Part shown: positions 30,412 through 39,280 of the stretch, one piece after another
How the letters are laid out: the number at the start of each line of letters is the position of its first letter
Numbering within the stretch: position 1 is the stretch's first letter
DNA from: Candidatus Omnitrophota bacterium
GTDB lineage: Bacteria > Omnitrophota > Gorgyraeia > Gorgyraeales > Gorgyraeaceae
DNA: 64,000 nucleotides
Direction: 5' to 3'
Assembly (NCBI GenBank): GCA_030649895.1
Contig: JAUSEX010000020.1
Span: forward strand, 23,109 to 87,108
Notes under the pieces: generated by a model
Database searches by the model: none
Seen by the model: only the letters and a program-made list of their open reading frames with translations
Told to the model about the DNA's origin: nothing
Program-made: the position numbers and the translations under genes

Positions 30412-31839
30412 ATGAACCTAGGTACCTCGCTTCATTGGGTTTCAACTAAGATGAAGGATAAGGCATGCCTGATTGAAGGCGCCATAGAGGTATCTTATTC
30501 AGAGTTATGGAAAAACATAGAAACGCTGGCAAAAGGTTTCCTGAAAATAGGCATAAAAGAAAATGATAAAGCAGTTATAATCCTTCCTAATTGCAAAGAA
30601 TTTATTTATAGTTTCTACGGTCTTGCCAGGATAAATGCAATAAGCGTACCGCTTAATACTTACTTGACTTCTTATGAATTAGATAAGATCTTCAAGGATT
30701 GCGACCCCAAGGTTATTATCACTACATATCAGCTATATAAAAAGAAGATATCTGCTATATCGAATAAAAATATATTAATAATACTCACTGATGAATCGTT
30801 AGAGCCTGGCAAGGACGGCCTATTTGAGTTAGGGGATTTGCTGGCGAAAGGCGGAACCGGAAGATTGCCGCGCTTCAGCGCGAATAATAATCAAATAGCT
30901 ACTATTAATTACACATACCGCGGTTTAGGAGAGGCTATTGGCGCGGTGCTCACGCACGGCAATTACCATCATGGCGCGATAGGGTATCTGCGGCTTACAA
31001 AACTTGTTACAACTCAACGCGTGTTATTAATAACCCCGATGTCGCATATCTTTACTCTGGTAAGCTGCGTTATTGTGCCTTTGTTGCGCGGCGCAACAGT
31101 CGTAATAATGAAAAGCTTTATTCCAAGCCATATATTCAAGGCAATAGAAGATCATAAGATTGATTTTGTTATAGCTGTGCCTACTATTTACATATCGCTT
31201 CTTAAAAATTACAAAAAGGGCCGTTTTGATATATCCAGTCTTAAATATGGAATAACAGGCGGCAGTTATCTATCCGAAAGCCTTAATAAAGAGATCAAAG
31301 AAGAGATGGGCATAGAATTATTGCAGGGTTACGGCCTCACAGAGACAATGCCTATAATGTGCAATCCTCATTCAAGAAATAAGATGGGCTCTCTTGGCGT
31401 AGCGGGCCATGAGGTAAAAGTTAAGATTGTAGACGGCGAAATATTAATAGGCGGGCCTACAGTCATGAGAGGTTACTATAATAAGAACGGCGAGAACAAA
31501 AAATATTTAAAAGACGGATGGTTTAAGACAGGGGACATGGGCTACATAGATGAAGAAGGGTATGTTTATTTTAAGGGCCTGAAAAAAGATATTATAAAGG
31601 TAGGCGGCAATAATGTTGATTTAACTGAAGTAAAAAACGTTTTAAATTCTTTCCCGGGCGCGCGGAATGTGCGCCTGGATATAGTAGGGGATGAATTATG
31701 GGGTCACAGGATACACGCGGAAATAACGGGCCCTTTCAAAAAAGAAGTCACGGATAAAGATGTAAAGGCGTTTTGCAGCGAGAGAATGGCTTTATATAAA
31801 ATACCAAAAAGGATATTAATAAGGATGAGCCGGGGTTAA
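30412..31839 (+). CDS. Acyl-AMP / acyl-ACP synthetase (ANL adenylate-forming enzyme)
   Basis: 475-aa protein with AMP-binding motifs YTYRGLGEAIGAVLTHGN (A3-like), GYGLTE and GWFKTGDMGYIDEEGYVYFKGLKKDIIKVGG. Sits between an ACP and an alpha-oxoamine synthase. Confidence 0.75.
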   Translation: MNLGTSLHWVSTKMKDKACLIEGAIEVSYSELWKNIETLAKGFLKIGIKENDKAVIILPNCKEFIYSFYGLARINAISVPLNTYLTSYELDKIFKDCDPKVIITTYQLYKKKISAISNKNILIILTDESLEPGKDGLFELGDLLAKGGTGRLPRFSANNNQIATINYTYRGLGEAIGAVLTHGNYHHGAIGYLRLTKLVTTQRVLLITPMSHIFTLVSCVIVPLLRGATVVIMKSFIPSHIFKAIEDHKIDFVIAVPTIYISLLKNYKKGRFDISSLKYGITGGSYLSESLNKEIKEEMGIELLQGYGLTETMPIMCNPHSRNKMGSLGVAGHEVKVKIVDGEILIGGPTVMRGYYNKNGENKKYLKDGWFKTGDMGYIDEEGYVYFKGLKKDIIKVGGNNVDLTEVKNVLNSFPGARNVRLDIVGDELWGHRIHAEITGPFKKEVTDKDVKAFCSERMALYKIPKRILIRMSRG

Positions 31840-31874
31840 CCGCGTTTTATATTTAACAACCAAGAGGCATTAAT

Positions 31875-33074
31875 ATGCAAAAATCTCACGCAAATTTTAA
31901 GAACAGGGTTGATTCAGTAATTAAAAGGGTTAAATGGACAAAAGGTAAAAATTATTATTTTTATATGCGAAACCTTGAATCCCCCTCAGAGTCGCGCGTA
32001 AAGATTAATGGCAGAGAGATGATCATGCTCGGCTCCAATAATTATTTAGGATTAACAACGCATCCTGAAGTAAAAGAGGCTGCGATAAATGCGGTTAAAA
32101 AATATGGCGTAGGTTCGGGCGGAGTGAGAATTCTAAGCGGGACGTATAAACTGCACGAAGAACTGGAAAGAGAAATCGCCAAATTCAAGGGGACGGAATC
32201 AGCTATAGTATTTAATACAGGTTTTATAACAAACCTGGGCACTATCATAGCCCTTGTCAATGAAAATAGCGTGGTGATAAACGATGAGAAAAATCACGCC
32301 AGTATAGTAGACGGTTCTATTTCTTCCAGGGCGCAGATCAGAGTTTTTTTACATAATGATATGAAATATCTGGAAAAGATTTTACGTTCTTATCCTAGGA
32401 CTCAGGATAAGCTGATCATAGTGGATTCTGTTTACAGCATGGATGGCGATATAGCGAACCTGCCGGAGATACAAAAGCTTGCAAAGAAATATAACGCCAG
32501 GACGATGATCGATGAAGCGCATGCGTCAGGCGTATTAGGCAGGACCGGCAAAGGGGCTCCGGAATATTTCAATATGACAGGAAAGATAGATATAGTCATG
32601 GGCACTCTTAGCAAGGCCATGGGCGGCTTAGGAGGATTTATTGCTTCCACGGAGGATATAGTCACATATCTGAAACATGTAAGCAGAGAATTTATCTTTT
32701 CCGCGAGTTTACCGCCTGCGATTATCGCTGGAAATATAGCGGCAATTAAAGTTATCCGGAAAGAGCCGCATTTGCTGAAGCAGCTTTGGAGAAACATAAA
32801 ATATATAAAAAAAGGGCTGGCGGGATTAGGTTACGACATAGGCAATAGCCAGTCAGCTATTATACCGGTTTTAATCAGGGATGAGGTAAAGACATTTAAG
32901 ATGGCGCAGATACTGGATGAGGCGGGTATTTTCGTAAACCCGGTGGTCTTTCCTGCAGTAAAAGAATCAGAATCAAGGATCAGGATTAGCGTAATGGCCT
33001 CGCATAGTTTAGCGGACCTAACCAGGGCATTAGAGGCTTTTAAGAAAGCAGGAAAACAGATAGGGCTGATTTAA
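31875..33074 (+). CDS. PLP-dependent alpha-oxoamine synthase (BioF/KBL/serine-palmitoyltransferase/CqsA family)
   Basis: 399-aa protein: LGSNNYLGL, DEAHASGVLG, GTLSKAMGGLGGF (PLP lysine). The stop TAA is immediately followed by the ATG of the histidine kinase. Confidence 0.8.
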   Translation: MQKSHANFKNRVDSVIKRVKWTKGKNYYFYMRNLESPSESRVKINGREMIMLGSNNYLGLTTHPEVKEAAINAVKKYGVGSGGVRILSGTYKLHEELEREIAKFKGTESAIVFNTGFITNLGTIIALVNENSVVINDEKNHASIVDGSISSRAQIRVFLHNDMKYLEKILRSYPRTQDKLIIVDSVYSMDGDIANLPEIQKLAKKYNARTMIDEAHASGVLGRTGKGAPEYFNMTGKIDIVMGTLSKAMGGLGGFIASTEDIVTYLKHVSREFIFSASLPPAIIAGNIAAIKVIRKEPHLLKQLWRNIKYIKKGLAGLGYDIGNSQSAIIPVLIRDEVKTFKMAQILDEAGIFVNPVVFPAVKESESRIRISVMASHSLADLTRALEAFKKAGKQIGLI

Positions 33075-35279
33075 ATGATACAGCTACAACTAAGCAGCGT
33101 TTCTATCGCGATAATAATCAATATTCTTTTGGGGTTATTCGTCTATTTTAAAAACCCAAAGAAATGGGTCAATCTTTCTTTTGTGCTGATGACCTTTAGC
33201 GTTGCTTTGTGGAATGCAGGGGATGTTTTGATTGCATTTTCAAAAGATTCCTCGATTGCTATTATTTGGAGTAGAATTTCTTATGTAGGCGCGGTTTTTT
33301 TTCCAACATTTTCTATTCATTTCGTAGTTTCTATAATTAGAGACGTAGTGCATAAAAATTGGAAGAAAGTTCTTATTGTAACTTATGCCAGCACGATTTT
33401 TTTACTTTGTTTTATTTTTACGCCTTTCATTATTAAAGGCGTAATGCTTAAACCTTTCAAAGAAATACCCGGGCCTCTTTATTTTCTTTTTATATTATTT
33501 TTTATGTCCTGCTTTGCATACCTGTTTTATATCCTGATCAAAGCCCTTAAAAAATCCACAGGTTTAAAGAGAACGCAATTAGGATATGTATTATTAGGAT
33601 ATTTCACAGGCGCCATCGCCGGATTGATTTATTTTTTAATATTGCAGGGATTTAATATACCGCCTATTCATTACATAGTTGAAATAGGCTATACCCTGGT
33701 AGTGTCCTACGCTATTATAAAATACAGGCTAATGAATATAAGATCAGCAGTTACCCGCGCCGGGGTATTTGCTTTTGTTTATACGGTAGTATTGGCTATT
33801 CCTTTTATAGTGGGGGGTATAATAAAGACGCATATTTCCAGCGTATCTTCTAATTGGTGGATAATACCGCTTTTGACAGGTATTGTCCTGGCCAGCGCAG
33901 GCCCTTTTATTTATATAGGGTTACAGAGAAGATTCGAATCCAGGTTAAGAGCTATGGAGTTCAAGTCGCACGAGGCGTTGAGGCGGCTTTCGCATAATAT
34001 GCTCAGATTCACTAACCTGAATGTTCTTTTAAGGCTGATGGTGCATTATTTAGTTAAAGTTTTGAAACTTAGATTCGCAGCTATATATTTATTTGATAAA
34101 CAGAACGAAAGATATATATTAAGCAGCGTCTGGTATAGCGGTGAAAACGTTGAATTGCCGCAAGAATTTGAGGTAAATAGCTATCTTGTGGAATATATGC
34201 ATTTAAAGAAACTGCCTGTAGTAGCAGAAGAGCTATCGCTTTATGCGCCTGTATCCTTGGCCTCTAAGATAGGGAAGCTTTCTTCTGATTTATCAGCTAT
34301 CAAGATAAATACAGCGATCCCGTCATTTTTAAGAAATAATCTCATAGGTTTCTTGATATTATCTGACAGAAGGAGGAAAAATATACCATTTACCCAGGAG
34401 GACCTCAATTTTTTGATGGTCCTTTCTAACGAGGCGGCGCTTGCTATTGAAAACGCGCAGTTTCATCAAAAGGAGGTTTCAACGCTTGTTGAAAAATCCA
34501 AAAGAGAAGCTCTTGCGGATATGGCTCCCGGGGCGTCCCATCAGTTTAATAACCGCCTTGCTTCCATAAGTTCTTCAGTGGAGCTTTTACTTTTCAAAAT
34601 GGAGAATTTTAATATAGAAGCTCATTATGACGAGAAGACCAGGGCCTTGCTTAAGGATACAAAAGAAACCCTGGAATTAATAGATAACGAGGTCTATAAA
34701 GGCAAGGAAATAACGTCCGCAATCTTAAAAAGGGCTAAGGCAAAAGTGGAGTTTCAGGAGTTTGACCTGCCAACCCTTATTGAAAATACATACAAGCTTG
34801 TCATGATAAGCCGTTCCCGTTCAGGCCTGGATAGAGCAAAAGAGCTGAAATTTAATATAGTCTGTCTTAATAAGATACCTGATATATTCGCAAGCGAAGC
34901 GCTGCTGCAGGATGTTTTTTATAACCTTATAGATAACGCTTATGACGCCATACAGGACAAGGCAAGGCTTATGAGCCAGGGAGGAAACTCTTTTTATCAG
35001 GGCGATATCGAGGTTTCGCTTAGTCAAGAAGGCAATATTATAGTGGCCAAGGTGAAGGACAACGGGATAGGCCTTACAAAAGAAAACCATAGAAAGCTTT
35101 TCACGCCTTATTTTACCACCAAGGCTACGTCTAATAAGGGAAGCGGGCTGGGTTTGTGCGTAATAAGGGATTTTATAGAGATGCACAAAGGCGCGATTGC
35201 CTGCGATTCGGAATACGATAAAGGCGCCACCTTTACCATAAGATTACCGATAAAGAAGGAGAAAATCCATGGAACCTAA
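33075..35279 (+). CDS. Membrane-bound sensor histidine kinase (7-TM N-terminal domain, GAF, HisKA, HATPase_c)
   Basis: About 290 aa of multi-pass TM helices, a GAF-like region, H-box ASHQFNNRLASI, and ATP-binding G-boxes DNGIGL...GSGLGLCV. Confidence 0.8.
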   Translation: MIQLQLSSVSIAIIINILLGLFVYFKNPKKWVNLSFVLMTFSVALWNAGDVLIAFSKDSSIAIIWSRISYVGAVFFPTFSIHFVVSIIRDVVHKNWKKVLIVTYASTIFLLCFIFTPFIIKGVMLKPFKEIPGPLYFLFILFFMSCFAYLFYILIKALKKSTGLKRTQLGYVLLGYFTGAIAGLIYFLILQGFNIPPIHYIVEIGYTLVVSYAIIKYRLMNIRSAVTRAGVFAFVYTVVLAIPFIVGGIIKTHISSVSSNWWIIPLLTGIVLASAGPFIYIGLQRRFESRLRAMEFKSHEALRRLSHNMLRFTNLNVLLRLMVHYLVKVLKLRFAAIYLFDKQNERYILSSVWYSGENVELPQEFEVNSYLVEYMHLKKLPVVAEELSLYAPVSLASKIGKLSSDLSAIKINTAIPSFLRNNLIGFLILSDRRRKNIPFTQEDLNFLMVLSNEAALAIENAQFHQKEVSTLVEKSKREALADMAPGASHQFNNRLASISSSVELLLFKMENFNIEAHYDEKTRALLKDTKETLELIDNEVYKGKEITSAILKRAKAKVEFQEFDLPTLIENTYKLVMISRSRSGLDRAKELKFNIVCLNKIPDIFASEALLQDVFYNLIDNAYDAIQDKARLMSQGGNSFYQGDIEVSLSQEGNIIVAKVKDNGIGLTKENHRKLFTPYFTTKATSNKGSGLGLCVIRDFIEMHKGAIACDSEYDKGATFTIRLPIKKEKIHGT

Positions 35280-35652
35280 TCCGGGCCGCAAGGTCCTGCT
35301 AATCGACGACGAAGAAACTTTATTAAAAAACATAGGGGAATTTTTAAAGGTCGGGGGATATTCTGTTTTTACATCTTCCAATAGTACGGATGGGCTGGAG
35401 TTGCTGAGAAACCATGGCCCTGATTTATTGCTTCTGGACCTGCATCTAAAAGAAGGGCTTACGGGCATGCAGGTCCTGAGGGCCGCAAAGATGCTGAAGC
35501 CTGATTTAAAGGTTGTTATATTGTCAGGATTCGGCGAAGAAGAGGATACGAAAAAGAGCTGTATTTCACTTGGCGCAAGCGCTTTTTTAGGAAAACCCAC
35601 GTCTCTGAGAAGCTTGTCTGAGATTATAAAGAATCTTCTGGAGGTAAAATAA
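35269..35652 (+). CDS. Stand-alone response-regulator receiver (CheY-like)
   Basis: KVLLIDDEETLL...DLLLLDLHLKEGLTGMQVL...KVVILSG with conserved D, D, T and K of REC. Overlaps the HK stop by 11 nt. Confidence 0.85.
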   Translation: MEPNPGRKVLLIDDEETLLKNIGEFLKVGGYSVFTSSNSTDGLELLRNHGPDLLLLDLHLKEGLTGMQVLRAAKMLKPDLKVVILSGFGEEEDTKKSCISLGASAFLGKPTSLRSLSEIIKNLLEVK

Positions 35653-35892
35653 ATGCAAGGAAAATTAAGAGAAGAATTTCATGGTATAAACAATTTACTT
35701 AACAAAATAACTACTCAGGCAGGCATGGCTAAGTATCATCTGGAAGAAAAAGGGTTTGATCTTGCAAAGATCGAAGAGGAGAAAGAGCGGCTCATAAAAG
35801 TCCTGGATAGCATGGAAGAGAACGCCATGAATATAGGGGAGTTGTTAAGGAACCTGCGCAAAGGCATCGAAACAGGGAGATCCTGGGAATGA
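35653..35892 (+). CDS. Small helical protein, possible Hpt-like phosphotransfer protein
   Basis: 79-aa predicted all-helical protein with one His in EEFHGINNLLNKITTQAGMA (HxxxN..L..K...G, Hpt-like). Start abuts the REC stop, and its stop overlaps the next REC gene by 4 nt. Assignment is inferential. Confidence 0.3.
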   Translation: MQGKLREEFHGINNLLNKITTQAGMAKYHLEEKGFDLAKIEEEKERLIKVLDSMEENAMNIGELLRNLRKGIETGRSWE

Positions 35893-37835
35893 GTAAGAAG
35901 ATTTTGATAGTGGATGACGAGATAGACATTACCTTGGTTTTGAAAGAATTTTTTATATCGAAGGGCTATGAGGCGCTTGCTGCGTTTAACGGCAGGGAAG
36001 CGGTAGGCTTTTTAAATCAGCCTGGCATAGATCTTATTTTATTGGATATGCAGATGCCGGATATGAGCGGGTTAGAGGTATTAAAGGAAGCGAGAAAAAT
36101 ACACAAAGACACGAAGATAATAGTATTGACGGGTTTTTCAGAGGAATATAAAGAAGAAGCGGAAAAGATAGGATGTGATGCGTTTCTGACAAAACCATTT
36201 TCCATAAGAACGCTTATAACTGCAGCAGAGTCTGTCCTGACCGGTAAAGAAGAAGGTAGAAGCGATATAGCGACTCTTATGGAAGATGATAATGTATTAG
36301 CGAAGGCGAAACTCCTTTTTATTGAGCCAAACGAAATAACATACGGCTCGAAATTATCGTATTTCCGGGATTTGAAACATTGCAAAGGCAGGTATCGGGT
36401 AGCAGCGGCTTTCACGGAAAACGAGGCTATGAAAAAGCTGGAAGAATTTAAACCTGACATTGTATTGAGCGATATAGGCGTATTCAGGTTATATAAGCTG
36501 AGAGATAAGATTTTAAAGATGCAAAGCCCTGCAAAAGATATAATATTATACGGCCTTTCCCCTGACGCCAAGGATTCGTTGAAAAACGGCTATGCCTCGT
36601 TTGTCGGGGGCCTGTTTGATCCGATAACTGCTATGGTTAGCCCGGAAGAAATGGATAGGCTGGGAAAAATTGTCCGCAGGGCAGCGATGGAACATGGTTT
36701 GTATAAAAGTCAGGAAACAGAAACCGAGCAATTTTACAACTATCATAAAGTCCTCCTGGAAGCCAGTAAAGGCATGGTGCTTATAACTGACACAAGCAAG
36801 TTGTTGTATCTTATTGTATACGTAGTGAAAAAACATATGAAGCTAAAAAGCGCGTGCATATTTTATTATGATGAACAGGACAAGAGTTTTGTCCTAACGT
36901 GTAAGCGCGGAGAAAGCGATGCGCAAAGAGGCTACAGGATAGGCGATTCGCACCCTTTTATAAAATGGTTAAAGGACAGGCAAAGCGGGTTTTCATATAA
37001 TAAAGACGATTTTATGAATCTGCCTGATGTCGGAAACGAACTGGAGAAGCTTGGCTGCGCAGCGTGCGTGCCGAGTTTTAATAAAGACAAGCTTATAGGA
37101 TTTTTGATTTTGGGCAATAAACTGTCGGGTGATTCGTACGCGAGGGAGGAGCTGGAGTTATTGTTAACCATTTCTAACGAAGCCGCTATTGTAATAGAAA
37201 ACGCTAAAAATGTCTTTGAACTGCAGAAATTAAGGGAAAAAGAGAAAGAAAATTATTTTCAGACAATTCTCGCCTTAGCCAGGACAGTGGATGAAAAAGA
37301 CGCTTATACGCGTGGCCATTTGGATGAGGTTACCAGGTATGGGGTGATAGTGGCGGAAGAACTGACGGAATCTTTAAAAATAAATATAGACATGGAAGAA
37401 TTGAAGACAGCGCTTCTTCTTCACGATATAGGAAAGATTGGCGTGCCTGACGCGCTGCTTCATAAAATATCCAGCCTGACGCCCGAAGAGTTTGAAATAA
37501 TGAAACAGCATTCTGCAATAGGCGCAAGGATTATCGAGCCTATAGAGAAACTGAAAAAGATAGGCAGGATCATAAAACATCACCAGGAAAAATATAACGG
37601 CACAGGTTACCCCGACGGACTTAAAGGCGAGGATATCCCCCTTGAGTCCAGGATAGTGGCTGTGGTGGATGCGTATCACGCAATGATATCGGACAGGCCT
37701 TACAGAAAGGCCCTGCCCGAAGATACGGCCTTGAATGAGCTCAGGAGCTGCAGAGGCACGCAATTCGACCCTTTGATAGTAGATGCGTTTCTCAGGGCTT
37801 ATGAAAAAGGTAAAATAGTAAAGCGTAAAATTTAG
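35889..37835 (+). CDS. REC-(REC-like)-GAF-HD-GYP c-di-GMP phosphodiesterase-type response regulator (RpfG-like)
   Basis: N-terminal REC (ILIVDDEIDI...DLILLDMQMPDMSGLEVL), a second degenerate receiver, a GAF-like domain, and a C-terminal HD-GYP domain (LLHDIGKIGVPD ... HHQEKYNGTGYPDGL). Confidence 0.85.
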   Translation: MSKKILIVDDEIDITLVLKEFFISKGYEALAAFNGREAVGFLNQPGIDLILLDMQMPDMSGLEVLKEARKIHKDTKIIVLTGFSEEYKEEAEKIGCDAFLTKPFSIRTLITAAESVLTGKEEGRSDIATLMEDDNVLAKAKLLFIEPNEITYGSKLSYFRDLKHCKGRYRVAAAFTENEAMKKLEEFKPDIVLSDIGVFRLYKLRDKILKMQSPAKDIILYGLSPDAKDSLKNGYASFVGGLFDPITAMVSPEEMDRLGKIVRRAAMEHGLYKSQETETEQFYNYHKVLLEASKGMVLITDTSKLLYLIVYVVKKHMKLKSACIFYYDEQDKSFVLTCKRGESDAQRGYRIGDSHPFIKWLKDRQSGFSYNKDDFMNLPDVGNELEKLGCAACVPSFNKDKLIGFLILGNKLSGDSYAREELELLLTISNEAAIVIENAKNVFELQKLREKEKENYFQTILALARTVDEKDAYTRGHLDEVTRYGVIVAEELTESLKINIDMEELKTALLLHDIGKIGVPDALLHKISSLTPEEFEIMKQHSAIGARIIEPIEKLKKIGRIIKHHQEKYNGTGYPDGLKGEDIPLESRIVAVVDAYHAMISDRPYRKALPEDTALNELRSCRGTQFDPLIVDAFLRAYEKGKIVKRKI

Positions 37836-37844
37836 GAGATACTT

Positions 37845-39053
37845 ATGAAATATATTGTTCTCGTTGGAGACGGAATGGGCGACAGGCCCATTGAAGATCT
37901 TGGCGGCAAGACCGTGCTTGAGGCGGCAAAGATTCCTAATATGAATTTTATAGCTGAGAATGGCAAGGTGGGGCTTACAAACATGATCCCGTCCAGGATG
38001 TTGCCTGCAAGCGACGTGGCGAATCTTTCTATACTCGGATATAACCCTAAAAAATACTACACGGGACGCGGTCCGCTGGAAGCGGCGAATATGGGCATAG
38101 ACCTGAAGGAGGACGAGGTGGCGTTCAGGTGTAACCTTGTGACTATTTCAGGCGAGAGAATGGCGGATTACAGCGCAGGCCACATATCAAATGAGGAAGC
38201 AAAGTCTATAATAAAGGAGCTGAATTTCAAGCTGGGCTCTGATGATATAAAATTTTATCCCGGCGTAAGCTACAGGCATCTTATGATTTTTAAATGCAAA
38301 GATAAAAGTGTCCAGGAAGGGTTTGTGAATGCAAAGTGCACTCCGCCTCACGATATAGCGGGAAAGATAATAAACAGGTTCCTTCCCGCGAGGACTCCTC
38401 AGGCAGAGATACTAAAAAGATTGATGGATGAATCTAAAAAGATTTTAGCAGACCATGATGTGAACAGGGTAAGGCTTGATTTAAAAGAAAATCCCGCTAA
38501 CATGATATGGTTGTGGGGCCAGGGCGTAAGGTCTTTTATGCCGAAATTTTCAAAGCTTTATCACGTGGAAGGTTCTATTATTTCAGCGGTTGACCTTATA
38601 AAAGGCATAGGGAGGATTATCGGGCTGGATGTTATAGACGTGCCAGGGGCTACCGGATATTACGATACGAATTATTTAGGCAAGGCAGAGTATGCCATTG
38701 ATTCTCTGAAACATAAGGATTTTGTGTTTGTTCATGTGGAGGCCCCTGACGAGGCTGGCCATAACGGGGATCTGAGAGAAAAGATTTACAGCGTAGAAAA
38801 ATTTGATAAGTTCGTAGTGGGGACCATACTGAGCCATTTCAAGGCCTCTAAAGAAGAATTCAGGATAATGGTTTTATATGACCACGCTACGCCGGTAGCG
38901 TTAAAAACCCATTCCCGGGACCATGTTTGTTTCGCTATGTACGGTACTGATATTGAACAAGGGGCAATAAAGCATTTCAACGAAAAAGAAGCCCGCCTGA
39001 CAAAATTCCGCATAGATAAGGGCCACGAGTTAATGGAATTCTTCATAAAATAA
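37845..39053 (+). CDS. apgM: Cofactor-independent phosphoglycerate mutase, archaeal type
   Basis: MKYIVLVGDGMGDRP...AKIPNMNF...HVEAPDEAGHNGD metalloenzyme motifs of ApgM/PhosphMutase. Confidence 0.8.
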   Translation: MKYIVLVGDGMGDRPIEDLGGKTVLEAAKIPNMNFIAENGKVGLTNMIPSRMLPASDVANLSILGYNPKKYYTGRGPLEAANMGIDLKEDEVAFRCNLVTISGERMADYSAGHISNEEAKSIIKELNFKLGSDDIKFYPGVSYRHLMIFKCKDKSVQEGFVNAKCTPPHDIAGKIINRFLPARTPQAEILKRLMDESKKILADHDVNRVRLDLKENPANMIWLWGQGVRSFMPKFSKLYHVEGSIISAVDLIKGIGRIIGLDVIDVPGATGYYDTNYLGKAEYAIDSLKHKDFVFVHVEAPDEAGHNGDLREKIYSVEKFDKFVVGTILSHFKASKEEFRIMVLYDHATPVALKTHSRDHVCFAMYGTDIEQGAIKHFNEKEARLTKFRIDKGHELMEFFIK

Positions 39054-39104
39054 CCTGATTTTACAATTTGCGCCAGCGCTGTTCGTAAAGCCAGGATACT
39101 GTCT

Positions 39105-39170
39105 GAAAATTTTGCTGTCCGCTCAAATGCGCCTAAGGCCCAAGCCGGCTTGAGCGAATGAACGTATTTT
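39105..39170. repeat. REP-like element, copy 5, diverged, upstream of lysC
   Basis: GGCTTGAGCGAATGAACGTATTTTCGAAAGCC has inner arms like the other copies. Confidence 0.4.
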
Positions 39171-39280
39171 CGAAAGCCTGCCGGAACTGGCTATTACGTA
39201 ATATGTTATCTGGCTATTCAAATGGCAATTTCAAATATTTTAATAGATTATTTTTGGCATATGTGGTAATATTTATCGAT

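Noticed and set aside
39054-39280. Lysine riboswitch (L-box) upstream of lysC
   Set aside because: I could not find the conserved L-box core elements. The region is largely occupied by a REP-like repeat and an AT-rich promoter stretch.
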